A stretch of DNA of 64,000 nt from Lophium mytilinum (lineage: Eukaryota), in the NCBI GenBank assembly GCA_010093605.1, contig MU004182.1, forward strand, positions 839,032-903,031. The letters are read 5' to 3'. The position numbers and the translations under genes are program-made. A model generated the notes under the pieces. It made no database searches. It worked only from the letters and a program-made list of their open reading frames with translations, and had not been told where the DNA came from. This document shows positions 1 to 14,530 of the stretch, piece after piece; position 1 is the first letter of the stretch; each line of letters opens with the position of its first letter.

Positions 1-1487
1 GGCGTCCAGCGCTCATCGACGCTGTCAGACTTGCAGCAAGACGGTTGGGGTTCTGCAGGTCACTGTCAAGTCACGAATCCTAACGGGCACGGTTCCAGCG
101 CTCCTCCTCTGCTGTCGGGATGCGAACCCAAACCCAAGACTAACCATCGCAGCTTTACCGCCAGCCGTAGCCGCTAGCAAATGTATTTTCCCTCCGTCTT
201 ATTTTTTTGCAATTTGGAATCTGTGAACAGCGCTTTTTCCCCACAGTATCGCCGGGGCCTTGGTTGGACTGTGGGGCTGGACCGGGCCTGTGAAGTGGTA
301 TGTATTTCAGGGATCTCGACATCCGAGGAACACCCACCAGGTCGCCGTTCACTATCAAATATTTGTGCACAGGAACCATCATCTGGAACCCGAACCCGGT
401 CTCCGCCTTTGACATAGCAATGAAAGGTAATGAGATGTAGACCGTGATGTCACTACTGAACTTCAGAAGTGTAATTCCGCGTACCCCCTGATACATGCAT
501 GATTAATGGGGGATTCGGCGTTCCCGCGCGCCACTAATCGTGACATCTGGATCTTTCCTGGGCCCTGACCATAGCATACGTAACTACATCCTGTTGTTAA
601 TATTGCTTTTATAGCCCGCTGACCCTGACTGTGCTGAATCAGTCTAAGCCAATAAATAAATAGTACCTTGAACAATAGCGGTGAAATAGTATGTCGAACA
701 ATAGGGGTGGAGTTCCAGACACATTGCACAAGCCATCTCCTACACAATGATACCCCGTCTGAGTGAAGAGAGGAAGCCAAGAGGGTTCAACTCAGGAATC
801 CTCAACCACTCCTCGGGCCTTTCCAACTCCACTGCATATAAGTGCCGCAATACAAGACCCTCACGTCCGTACCAATTCATCACGGTCATCTCCCACACGA
901 ATGAAATGCCTAAAACGTATTTGTTCTCATCTAGTCACTACCTAGGAAAGCTTTTCCATAAAAGACGCCCATACCATGAAAAAAAGCAGCACCCCTTATG
1001 GGGCAATCGAGCGCGCCCAGATAGAGGACGAAAAAAGACCCTGGGACCTCCCTGCCGTCCGACCATTCTGTCTTTCGAGACCAGAAAAGGCCCAATGAAA
1101 AAAAGACATGCTGAGGTTCTAATTTGAGAGAGAAAATGAAAATTGGTAACCCCAACCTCAATAAGCCCCACCCTGCCGAGCAGAATGTGTGTGACTAACA
1201 TGCTGTCCCGCCCGTGCATTATTGCTGGAGGAGAAAGTCGCAGCACGATTCCACCATGAGATCAAGGGAAAAGGAAAAAGGGGATAGACAGATTGACTGT
1301 GTGAGAGAGAGGAAACCCCCGTATGAAACTTCTAATGAGTACGCCACACCACCAACACCGACTTTGCTGGAGCGATTGAAGTAAGCCTCTTGCGCGAGGC
1401 AATGAGAGATGTGCTTTCGCTGCTGATCACATACCGGCCACTTGTAAGAACCAAGTAGCGGGGCTTGCTTCGAAGATGAAGTCCGCT

Positions 1488-4066
<2,579 letters not shown>

Positions 4067-4533
4067 GGTGATCGGAGTGTTCGGTAGGGACGGTGTGAAA
4101 GACCGGAAGTTTGGCGAAATGAGAGCGGGCCTGTTTCTGACTGAGACAAGAGCGAAAGACCTGCAAGACAAACGTCGCAGAGTGCAAGCGCGGTGAGACA
4201 GGAGATGCAAGAGGGTGTTGTGATGGAGGAGAGAGAGATGAGAGAGAGTGAAGACGTGCGAGGCAGGCGGCGAAGGAGGCAACGCCAAATAATTTTCTTG
4301 CGCTAGCCACTAGCCGCTTCCGGCGCGGAATTTGCCGAGCGACAACTCCGCCAAGCCAGACCCTTTGTGACGATGCCGAACCTCAACTTCTTCACTGTGA
4401 AGGGCGTATGAAGGACTTATGAGAGCATGGAGCTTTCTATTTCACAGCTTCATATACGCACTGCTCGGCTTAGGATGCTTCAATCTCTGCTCCTGTCTCA
4501 GCTGCACGTACCCATTCACCTTCCCAGCACGTA

Positions 4534-6683
4534 TCAGGCATCGGCCGTGCCCATGTCCCAGAATCCGGCTTCCATCTGATGTATCAATTAGTCCATAGAG
4601 CTACTAATTTGCCGCTTAAGGATATGTACTCACCCTCGTCGCATGGATGAAGATCTTCGCCAGCTCATCGATGCGGCTCGCCGACTGTCTTACCGCATGC
4701 TTCTCCACAAGCCCTACAATCTGTCAGCTTTTGTCTTTCATGAATCCACATGCCTCTGACCGGATCCATTTGCCACTGCCTCCATGTAGTCCTCGGCGAC
4801 GTACGTCTCAATCCACTTCCAGTAGATATTACCCTCTCGAACCGTTTCAGGGTCGTTGTACAGTCGCGTTGCTATCATGCCGTAACCGATCAAGCATGGG
4901 AGAAGAGCAACTTGAAGAGCAAGCCAGTCTTCTGATTGTCCGATGTCAAGTACGTATCTGTCGGCTGAGTCAGACATTCCTTCTAAGATATGGGTCTTCG
5001 CAGTGGGCTTGAGGATACCTCGTGTATGCAGTGCATGCTACATTGCACGCCATTAGCCGTGACCAAATGATATCCCAACCGAAGGGAAAAGAGCGAACCT
5101 TGGCTTTCTTCACTCCTTTCTACTTCCTCCTTGTCGATGCCAAATTCTTTGCAATAGTCTAAGTGAAGCTTCAGCTCCTCTTGTATGTGCGTAACGGTTT
5201 GGGCAGACTGCAGATTGTAAGCTTGAATGCAGATCCTTTGGAATCTTGGAGTCCCTACTTACTCTGCTGATATCCTCTAGAGACTTCGCTTTGTACGCCG
5301 CGAGGGCATTTGCTCTCGAGAAATGAATCTATCATATATCAGTGACACGAAGTCGTTGTCAGAGATCGCAGGCGTACCAAAAACAAGTAGTCCTGGATCA
5401 GGTAGTGCTTGAAGTTTGCAATCGGTAGGGTTCCCTGTGCCATCTGCTGCACAAAGACATGCTCGGTGTGGGCTTTCCATGGCTCGAGGACGTCATCGCG
5501 CTCGAGCAGATACTCTATGAAGCCACCACTAAAAGGATCATCAGTCCGACACTAGTCGTCGAAGACAGATCGACTTACGGTGCAAACGGCAGAATGTAAG
5601 TCGAATGGAAGTGATTGATCGGACCACTTCCTTTACCAATGTCTGTGCTGAGTTTGATTCCCGCCTCAACATATCTATTAGCGAGCCTGACAGCCCGTTC
5701 CATGTCCATTCCGGAGGCTAAATTGGAAGCGATAGCAGCTATAACAGTCAGCGTATCTTCTATTCATGTGGCCCAAGAAGGATTCCTGCCTCCTTCACGA
5801 TGCTCGACTAGAAGTAGTCACTCACATGCTAATGAACATCCTGTACCATGGGTGTTCTTCGTCACTATATACTTCGACTCCATAAGCACAATCCTTCCGT
5901 CGCCACACAGTACATTCAGGACAATGTCTCTATCTGCATCCTTCTTCGATGTCATACGGTCCTTGGTTAGAGGGAGATGGCCGCCCTTCAACAACACGTA
6001 CTTTGGGCCTAGTTGCTGGATCGCTTTAGCGATGTCGATCACATCCTGCACATTCTCTGGCTCCTCCTTGAAGGCGACACCAGCTGTGCGTAGCAAGAGT
6101 TTCGCTTCCGGGAGATTCGGGGTGAGGATGGTCGTCACAGGTAACAAGGATCTGCAGAGGGTTTTCACTGCTGCTTCGGGGAGTAACTGAGCACCGCTTG
6201 TAGAGACCATAACCTGCTCAATTTAGTCGCACTGCACATGAAGCGCCTTGCAAGATGGTAGTACCGGGTCTACTACAGATATCGCCACGTGATGCCTGCT
6301 GAGTGCATCCGCAACCACTTCAATTGTAGCCGCAGATGCAAGCATGCCTATTGAACATTAGAGCTCCAGTGAAAACAATAACACGGGAACTCGTACCGGT
6401 TTTGACAACATCAACGCCAACATCCTCGATGCAAGCATCAATCTGCTTTTTCACAAACTCTGAAGGCGTTTCGTGGATTCCATATACCCCTTGGGTATTC
6501 TGAGCAGTGAGCGCGGTCGTAGAAGTCATGGCATAGCATCCATGAGCGGCGATGACCTTCTGGTCTGCTTCCAGCCCTCTAGAATGACGGATTAGATTTT
6601 TGGCACGGAAATTGGTGGGAGATTGCATACGCGCCACCAGAGCTGTCAGAGCCAGCGATCACCAAAATGCGCCTCATCGCCAT
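4534..6683 (-). CDS. THI20: Bifunctional hydroxymethylpyrimidine(-phosphate) kinase / TenA thiaminase II (THI20/21-like), multi-exon
   Basis: ThiD motifs ILVIAGSDSSGGA, GLEADQKV, LTPNLPEA, LLKGGH and THGTGCSLA, followed by TenA-type segments FKHYLIQDYLFL, LLPCLIGY, YWKWIETY and EAGFWDM. Confidence 0.92.
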
Positions 6684-7025
6684 CGTAAGAAAGGTGTATG
6701 GCTTTGATAGGTCTGGTGAGCATGTCTGCATGTCCATCAAGAATTCCTTCCAATGACCCCGCATTTTTTCAAGCGAGATGCGCGTCATCAGATTTGAGCC
6801 AGCAAGCAAATGTGGTAAATTTATATTTCAATATGAGAGAGAAGTGCTTAGTTCTCTTCGTTCACCATAGCCAGGTCTCTTAAGCGCAAATATCTGATTT
6901 GTAGTGAAACTAATACAGCAGTTTCTCGTTTTCACATTCATGGTAATTTTATATATCTGTAGATGCATAAAGTAAGAACAAGTCCCCTAAAGTGCATTTC
7001 TTCTATCATTACTTCTTAAACTCTC

Positions 7026-8145
7026 TTAAGTCTTCAACTTCCCCAATCTTTCCGCCTCCTCCTTCCTCATCTTCTCCAAAACTCTCATCCTCTCTGGCAC
7101 AACTCGTTCCCTAGCCCCCTGAATTCCCCATCCTTCCAAACGCTCCCTCCCCAATGCCTCCAACGTCTTCCTCTCCACAAGACTAAACTCCTCCTCCTCC
7201 CTCCTATCAAAGCAAAATGGCTTCCGCAAGCTCACCGGCGGATTCGTAATAATCCGCGGCACCCTCATTGCGTTCTTACTCGCCGAATGCAACATTAGCA
7301 GATGCAAGAGAAACACGTCCCCAATCTGCCCGGTAACCTCTACAAACGCCGAGGGCGGGATCGACCGGGCCGTAGTATTGAACCAATTACTTGGAGTGAA
7401 GATCCAATCCTCTCCCTCCGCTGGGGATCTCGAGCGCGGCACCATCCGCGGGCTCACGCCGGCTGGGTTCTCATACAGATGCTGAGCAGCGGTGGAGATG
7501 GCGGGCGGGCAGATGAACGTCCCACCGCCGTTGGGTGCGATGTCGGAAAAAAGCGGGATTACAAGCAGGGCCTGTTCGGGAGAGTCGAGGTAGTGGACGA
7601 AGAAATCGCCATCGATGTGCCAGTCGTAAAGTTGGTGTGGGGGAGCTGGTTTGTTCAGGGTGGAAGGCGTGCCGAGATTCACGATGAAGCTGTCGCGCCA
7701 GTTCGAAGATGCAGCTGTGTTGATACGGGACGTGCCTCCGAGAAGATCAGAGCTATATGGTGGTGAGTTAGTCAAGTTGCCTGTGAAAGCGAGCAGCGAC
7801 GTACATTGCGTTCCAAGCCTTGGGCGCAAAATTTGATACTGGTATTGACTGGTGCGATGGCATATGAATGCGTTCTTTTCTCCATGTAGATTGGTCGTTT
7901 GGGTCCATGTTCAGGCGAGTCCAGAGGTTGGATGTAAAAGCAGCGGACTGCTCTCTTGTGAAGCAGCCGGGGATCTTGATATAGCCATGTGCGAGGAAAT
8001 GGTGTACATCAGCTTCATTGAGTTGAGCATACTTGAAACTGGGCCCTCGTGATGTAGTAGCCGGTAAAGAAGTGGTAACGAATGTTTCAGACGGAAAGGT
8101 GTCATAATCGAAGGCTATCTATGATAGGTAATTGCGATAATCCAT
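7026..8145 (-). CDS. Phytanoyl-CoA dioxygenase-like (2OG-Fe(II)) protein; the only in-frame ATG is followed by a TAG at codon 9
   Basis: Exon 8145-7805 (HFLAHGYIKIPGCF...WTRL) splices to exon 7752-7026, which carries WHIDGD (HxD), GGGT and a distal His (MLHSAS). In-frame TAG at 8119-8121. Confidence 0.7.
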
Positions 8146-8479
8146 CGACTAGATAGAGTGATTGGACATAGACCAGACTAATATCAATGGTAGCAAAGGT
8201 ATACACAAAGAAAGTTGAAATGAGAGCTGCCCCTTTGTAGCTGTCTCAATATGTTAGTGAACAACTCTCCTTGCTATTTTAGAGTTTCGGGGTCATTGGG
8301 GCCGACCGTGTTACCTGATAAGCTCGTGTTACCCCACGCACTTTTTTCGGGTCGATTTCATGTAACATGAGAAAAGACCTTGAAAGTAGACACAAAGTAG
8401 ATTTGGTCTCCAAGCTATTTGAGGCTAAAGCATGACGAACGCAAAATTCAGAGTGAAAAGAACCTACAAAACCTATGTT

Positions 8480-9230
8480 ATCACATGTCGTTTACGATGC
8501 CGAGTAACACAAGCTTCTGGGTCCCACAACATCCATTCCGGAAGATAATCGCAACTTAAATCAGAGAGAAATCTCAGCACCGATAGCAACATGTGTCGAA
8601 TTACAAGCCTGAAAGAGCCATGGTGCCGCTGGGTAACTTAGTTCTAGAACGTAAAGAGCGATATTCTAGTAGATCGTTGCCTAGCTACATGGTTGAAACA
8701 TTCGAGCTAACCACCTGCAAGACTTAGACAATCAGTCTCTCAATTACCTCTATTGCCGTGTTGGAAACATGAGCTGCAACAAATAGGTTTGAAATGATTT
8801 TGCATTCGAGTACGGATCTTGTCTTAGATTGGGTGGATATGTGGAATCGGATTAGATGGGCATTTTAGGCTTTTCTTGAAAGAAATCTCGCATTGCGGTC
8901 TTGAAGTATATATCTTCTGTGAAGCATGTTTGGGAAGAGTAGGTATATGAGAACAAGCTTTGGTCACTATTGCGAGCAAGCATAGCTGCTACTGTGACGA
9001 AGGCCTTCCGATATATGTAAGCAATTCTGGCAACTTCTGCATTCAATCTATACCGTCGTTATAGACGACACATACTGAGTCTATTCACAATATCTTAAGC
9101 CGATGCTGTGTAATGATGCTCTCCAGGAAGGTCTTGGGCAGCGTCGAGTAGGGTATACGCAGTTATTTTGGCTTCATCGCATTGGTAGTGGTAATACATG
9201 CTAGACAAGATGTGTCTAGAGTTTGGTGTT
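8480..9230 (-). pseudogene. Degenerate HET (heterokaryon incompatibility) domain gene relic
   Basis: Manual translation gives IPYSTLPKTFLESII...L*IDSVCVVYNDGID, then a frameshift, then NAEVARIAYIYRKAFVTVAA...NS..LF. This matches the HET consensus LPKTF..A...LWIDSLCIIQDD..DW..E...M..IY..A..TIAA. Multiple stops; boundaries approximate. Confidence 0.75.
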
Positions 9231-9418
9231 ACTTCAAATAGTGATAGAGTTCGATGGGATTTGTAAAGCTGGAGGTGAAGGAAAAGAGGTCAAAGCGTCA
9301 ACTTTTCTCGTATGTAAAATACGGCTAACGCCAAAATTACGGTAATCTCCGGCGCACTCAATTTCCTCAACCTCAAGCCCTCAAAGAACCCACATTGCGC
9401 CTCTTCACCACAGCAACC

Positions 9419-10436
9419 ATGGGGCCCTTCGACTACGCACAAGATCGGCCGGAAAACATCGACGTAATCCTCAATGGCCTCGATCGCTACAATCCCGAAA
9501 CCACCACTACGTTCCAGGACTATGTGATGGTGCAGTGCGAGAACTCGGCCTTCTACGACTGCTATGCGAACCTCGCCCTCCTAAAACTGTACGTACATGC
9601 CCCATCTCCTCTGGACCTCTTAGAACTGTCCAAAAACACAAGCTACATGTATAATGATGAGGACGAACACCATAACGTTTCCTATTATCGGAGGGCACCG
9701 AGGCTTGAATCCCCTCAGCTCGTTGATGTCTACTTATTAGCTCTATCTGATATACACCCTTCTCGCCGCATATTATAAAAGAACTTTCAAAGAAGAAATC
9801 AAGCTGACGACCGCATTTCTTGCGTCGAACAGGTACCAGTTCAACCCCCACCTCACCCGCGACGAAACCATCACCAATATCCTCGTCAAAGCCCTCACCG
9901 TCTTCCCCAACCCGGACTTCAGCCTCTGCCTCTCCCTCCTCCCGACACATGTGCTGCAGAAGAACACAGCGTCCGCGGGCGACGGCTCGTTAGCTGAAGC
10001 GGTGCAGAAGCTCAACTCCCTCAACAACCTGCTTGCTGGAGCCGACTACACGGCTTTCTGGGAGAAGCTTGACTCCGACGACCTATATGCGGATCTGATT
10101 GCTGATGTCAGCGGCTTCGAGGACTCGATGCGCGTGCGGATAGCGGTGACAGTGGGCCAGGCGGTGCGAGAGGTGGAGAAGGGACTGCTGGAGAGCTGGT
10201 TAAATCTGCAAGGGTCGGAGTTCGATCACTTTGTGCAGGTGTTTGGATGGGAGATTGCTGGTGAGAGCATCAAGGTGCCACTGAACAAGGAGAACAAGGC
10301 GGAGGGAACGATCGTGAGGGAGAATGTCAAATTTGAACGTAAGTTGGTCTTTGGAGTTGCTGTCAAATGGGGAGTGCTAACATTGTTTGCAGAATTTGGA
10401 CGGTTGATCAAGAGGGCGTACGAGCAGCCGGCGTAA
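9419..10436 (+). CDS. Translation initiation factor 3 subunit K (eIF3k)
   Basis: [20 protein letters not shown]...[15 protein letters not shown] and C-terminal ENVKFEQF. Exons 9419-9588, 9833-10338 and 10393-10436. Confidence 0.95.
9648..9756 (+). ncRNA. Intronic box C/D snoRNA with a U44/SNORD44-type guide for 18S rRNA 2'-O-methylation
   Basis: Lies in the 244-nt intron 1 of eIF3k. C box ATGATGA 9654-9660, D box CTGA 9747-9750, terminal stem TGTATA/TATACA, C'-like TTGATGT. The guide TATTAGCTCTA (9735-9745) is complementary to the conserved 18S sequence UAGAGCUAAUA. Confidence 0.88.
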
Positions 10437-10710
10437 ACACTTGTCGCTCTCTGATGTTACACTTCTATTGGAGCAGGTTTATACCTGCTCCAGCTGCTTA
10501 TGCTTAACGGCTGATTGGACGAAGACACGAGGTTTGGGTGGGAGACCTTGCAGGGCACGGCGTTAGGAGAGGCACCATAGGCGGCGACGATATCCCAGAT
10601 TTGAGATCGTCAAATGTAATGATCCAAAAGTTTAGACCTCAGATGAGGCTATTAGCCATTTTCACAATCTCTACCAACTTCTGTGGTCTTGCATATCCGT
10701 CACTCAGGCA

Positions 10711-12040
10711 CTACTTCTTAGAGACCTCCTCCCACTGCACACCCACCCACTCTTCAAGATACCCTACCTCTCCCTCGCCCACATCGCTGCCAACGCAATC
10801 CTTCGAGCAGACACCCAGGATGATAGTTCCCCAGTCCATCCCATCCAACGACATTGATTTGCCCTCGAGCTCGGTAATAGCATGTGGTGTAAGTTGTAGC
10901 TCAAACACCCGCTCCGAGCCACAGTTCTTGCATCTGGGCATACGTGATGCACTCCCGCCCTTGACAACAACCTTCCCACCACCCTGGCTGTGCGATGCTG
11001 GCGCCAAAAGCTTGCCAACAGCATCACCCCTATTGTATAGCAATGGAGTCCCCTTGAACTCATATCTTAGGACCTGCTCCGGATTTTGGGCCAGCTGGTC
11101 CGCGAAGCGCTGGAACTCCTTGTCTAGCGTGCTCTCGAAAAGCTCTTTGTCTCCACCGCTTGAAGCTGAGGGCTCATCCACGTCCATACGCGCAGTCTCT
11201 GGAATTGCGGGGGTGGGGAACGCGTCTAGGGTCTCGTAGTCGGCGTCGAGGTGGTATCGCGGGTAAGGCTCAGGGAAGGCAGCCTGGTCAGGCCACGGCT
11301 CGTGCGGTCGAGGTAGTATGCTTTCGGAGGGGGTTGTGGGAGGTGCTATGCGCGCTTTCTCGGCGAAGGTTGCAGGGAGGCTTGTGAGGGCTGCGTTCGT
11401 GGCAGATGTAGTTGTTGAGGAGGCTGGCTCGGGTGTGCTCGTAGGTTTTGAGGTCGCAAAAGGGTTCACTGGACCTTTAGAGGCTGTGCCGGATGCGAAT
11501 GGATTTGCGAAAGGGTTCACTGGTCCACTGGATGCCCCTGGGCTCTTGACGCCAAATAGTGACTCGCCGATATTCGACTGGACTGCCTTCTTCTCGCTCT
11601 CTTGTACGCTCGAAGGCTCAGGGGCTAATTTCTTCTTTTCTTCCTTGACCTTCGTGACTCTTGTCCCCCGAATCCCTCTCACACTTCCCTCCTTCCTCCG
11701 ACATGCCTTTCGCCGGCAGCTAAAGACATATAGTCGCCGTTGGTGGCCTGGAAAGTGTTCTGGGAGGTCGCCATTGAGCTCGAGGAGTAGTGATAGCAGA
11801 GAGTTGCAGACTTTGCATTTAGCGAGAGCGCCGGATGGGGCTGTTGTATCATCTAACCAAGCCTTACGTCAATTAGCTAATGCTCGAAGCTGAAGGTAAT
11901 TGAGCTAGGGTATTTACTGGCACTCCTCCAAGGTGGCTGACGGTGTCTCCGGTTGGTTCTTGGGACGCATAGCCCAACAAGACATTAGTTTCTGTGAAAT
12001 TGTCCTCTCCACCCGAAGAGTCGCTATCATAGGCGGCCAT
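10711..12040 (-). CDS. TSR4: PDCD2-like / Tsr4 uS5 chaperone
   Basis: N-terminal VLLGY...SHLGGVP.WL, CKVC and RRLYVFSC; C-terminal PEQVLRY, C..CGSERVFELQLTP and MDWGTI. One intron at 11917-11863. Confidence 0.9.
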
Positions 12041-12855
12041 TTTTAAGGAATGATTGGGATCAAAGTTGAAGGAGTGGTGTGTGGCAGTCTGTTCGCTAGT
12101 GCACTTCGAAGAGAGTGTTGTCAAATGGTGCCTTCGAAATCAAAGTTACGCTCACGTTTGGGATAACGGATTGACCTGCATGAGCTGTCTCGTGGTGGGG
12201 TTGCAAAAAATTGAAGCTGGGGTGAGGCGTATCGATAAATAGTTGGCCCGAGCGTTTTCATCTCGTCGCCTGGTCGGTGGTGAGATCCTCAGACGTTCTC
12301 TCCGCCCTTCTATCATCATTCCATCTCATGACATCTCTACACAACGCTCAAGACATTTTCAGTGTCTCTTCGCACATTTGTAAAAACAAATGCCATAGGA
12401 TGGTGAGCTTCTGTCCCGTAGAAATTTGTCAAAGGGCATCAAGGCACTCACCTAGTCCCAGAAAAGTATGTATATCTAGATGAATGGATAACGAGGTATT
12501 GCCCATACGTTTAGGTACGTGGAATATCGTTATGCGCGTCACCGCTAGCTAGCTATGCCTCAGCACTTCACGTTGGAGCTGTGTTGTCTTGCATTCATGG
12601 AAGATATCTGAGCTCAACCCTTCGATAGGAAAGTTCCGACGAAGACCAACCACCTACACGGTGGATGCAACTACGCTTCTTCCACAATATTTTCCTTGCC
12701 CCGCCTAGGAAAAGCAATCGTTGCCATTGCTAATAGTCTTTGCGGCTCTCCTAGATTCGAAAGCTAGCTCTCTGTTATTTCAAGAAAAAGTAGTTCGGCC
12801 TGTTTTTTGATCTCCGTGGGCGAGTTGTTCCATGCAGTAGCGAACAAGATCGCAC

Positions 12856-13964
12856 TCAATCATCTGGTTCGTCATCGCTGATGCCATGTACACTATTGAG
12901 GGTGTCTCTATCACCGCAATCGCTTTCTGTATAGGAAGGATCCGGTTCTGTCGGTTCGAAGTGCAGTCCCTCTTGAGAGGGGACCTCGAGCCCTTCAACA
13001 TTTGATATCAGATCAGCGTCCTCACTTCGGTTCCATGGATCCTTGGGGCCCCGCCGTGCGCCCACTTTGGTCAAAAGCGTGTTGCCATGCCTGTCGGCTT
13101 TGATCTCTAGGAAGGCCGTACATCCCTGAACACGATGGCCGTCGTTGATCCATGCTAGGTAGTGATCAAGTCGAAGCCGAATACCCTCCTTGCTCATCGT
13201 GTCTCCGTTTGTGAGCATGGATCTTCGCATCATTTTTGCTGCTCTCATTGCTCGTTCGTTAAGAGTAACGTTTGTTATCCAAGTTATGCACAGTGTTTCG
13301 AGACCCTGTATTTCGAGTAGGGGATAAACCCACGAAGGAGCCGCTTTGTGCTGCTGGGAAAGCCTGATATCGTCCATGGTCCAATTATTTACGGTTCAAT
13401 CAGTCGCCCAGTCCCACGGCAGTTGGTCTACCGTGGTCGTTTTTGTCCATATTATGAGCTCAAGATGGCGAAGATTGGGAAGTTTTGCAAGAAGCTCGCA
13501 TAGAGCAGCCCAAAAATATTGACACTCCAAACGAATGTCTGGAAGGTAAGAGGGGTCGGCGAATTCTCGGACCGTTAAGAAAATTGATCGAATGTTTTCC
13601 AACGCTCGTTCTGGTCTGCAACTCAACCACAGGTAGGCGGTCATGAGGGAGGCTGGAGGTTCATTAAAAGCAAAACATTTCGACGAGTAGAAGACTGGAG
13701 ACGCTTCGCTGTAGACCTGGCGGTTTGCGAGGAAGATATTGAGGAAGGGAGCTTCGTAACCGGGAATCACCTCCTCTGGGGGCTCGTCTGGTTGATAGAC
13801 GATGGCGGGAAACTTTCTTTGGGTGATCCTCGATTCTGGAATGGTCTCATTCCAATCTCTCACTAGCATGAAAAAGTAGATTCTATCTCGGAGCTCTTGA
13901 GGAAGATCCAGAAGACGGAAATGGCTCTCCTGATTGTTATTATTGGGGTGCTGTGGCACACTTT
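12856..13964 (-). pseudogene. Fungal F-box-like (FRLLDLPxE) protein interrupted by a single in-frame TGA; paralog of the 14531-16079 gene
   Basis: ORFs 13396-13959 and 12856-13377 are in the same frame, separated by TGA at 13396-13398. Both halves align with the neighbouring paralog (FRLLDLP, ANRQVY, WDWA, P.WV, MR..M..NG, EGIR). The 5' exons are unresolved, with a possible 7-nt microexon at 14070-14064. Confidence 0.6.
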
Positions 13965-14530
13965 CTAAAATGTCAAAGCACCGTCAGTCCATGCTTTTGT
14001 AAGACGGGTCAAGCTGTATTACTACTCCAGACGGCGTCACCCGACATTGCTATAGGTACGTACCTTGTATCTGCGTGTTAGCCTTCCACCACTGTAATGT
14101 AGTCTTGCAGGTCTATACCACTACGGCATAGCTTCGATGTGATCTTGGCAGATGGCGACTGTGAACTGAGGGCCTCGGAGGCAGTGGAAAGAGCGCTTAA
14201 GTAGCTGGCTCAGTGGCGAACCAATGCAACAGGTGAGCGACTGACTTTCCACATGCGCGCACAGCTCTGTCCCGTTCAGATCCGACTTCCCCATCATGTG
14301 CTTAAGCATTACCTACAACACCAGCCGAGCCGTGTACAGTAACGAACCGGACTGTTGACTACGACGGACCCATTGCTAAGCGACAAGAATTACTTTACCT
14401 TCGCTCACAACACTATATCCTTGCATTCGTTTTCGTACGCCTTCCTCACTACAAACTGCGGCCTTTCAATCCGTGCCATCGCCATCACGTTTCCGTCAAC
14501 CAAGATAGCTCGACGAAGGCCCCTGACACC

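Noticed and set aside
792..883. Possible minus-strand C/D snoRNA (GTGATGA ... CTGA) downstream of DBP2
   Set aside because: No terminal stem and no rRNA-complementary guide that I could identify.
120..1170. Telomerase RNA template-like C/A tracts (aacccaaaccc, taaccccaacc)
   Set aside because: No TAACCCTAA template was seen on either strand.
4534..6900. TPP riboswitch associated with the thiamine gene
   Set aside because: No CTGAGA...CTTGAT...GATAAT-type aptamer core was seen, and the introns are short.
13965..13992. ATG GAC TGA in frame with the F-box-like gene, as a second readthrough stop
   Set aside because: Better explained as the ACTGAC branch site and TTTAG acceptor of an intron.
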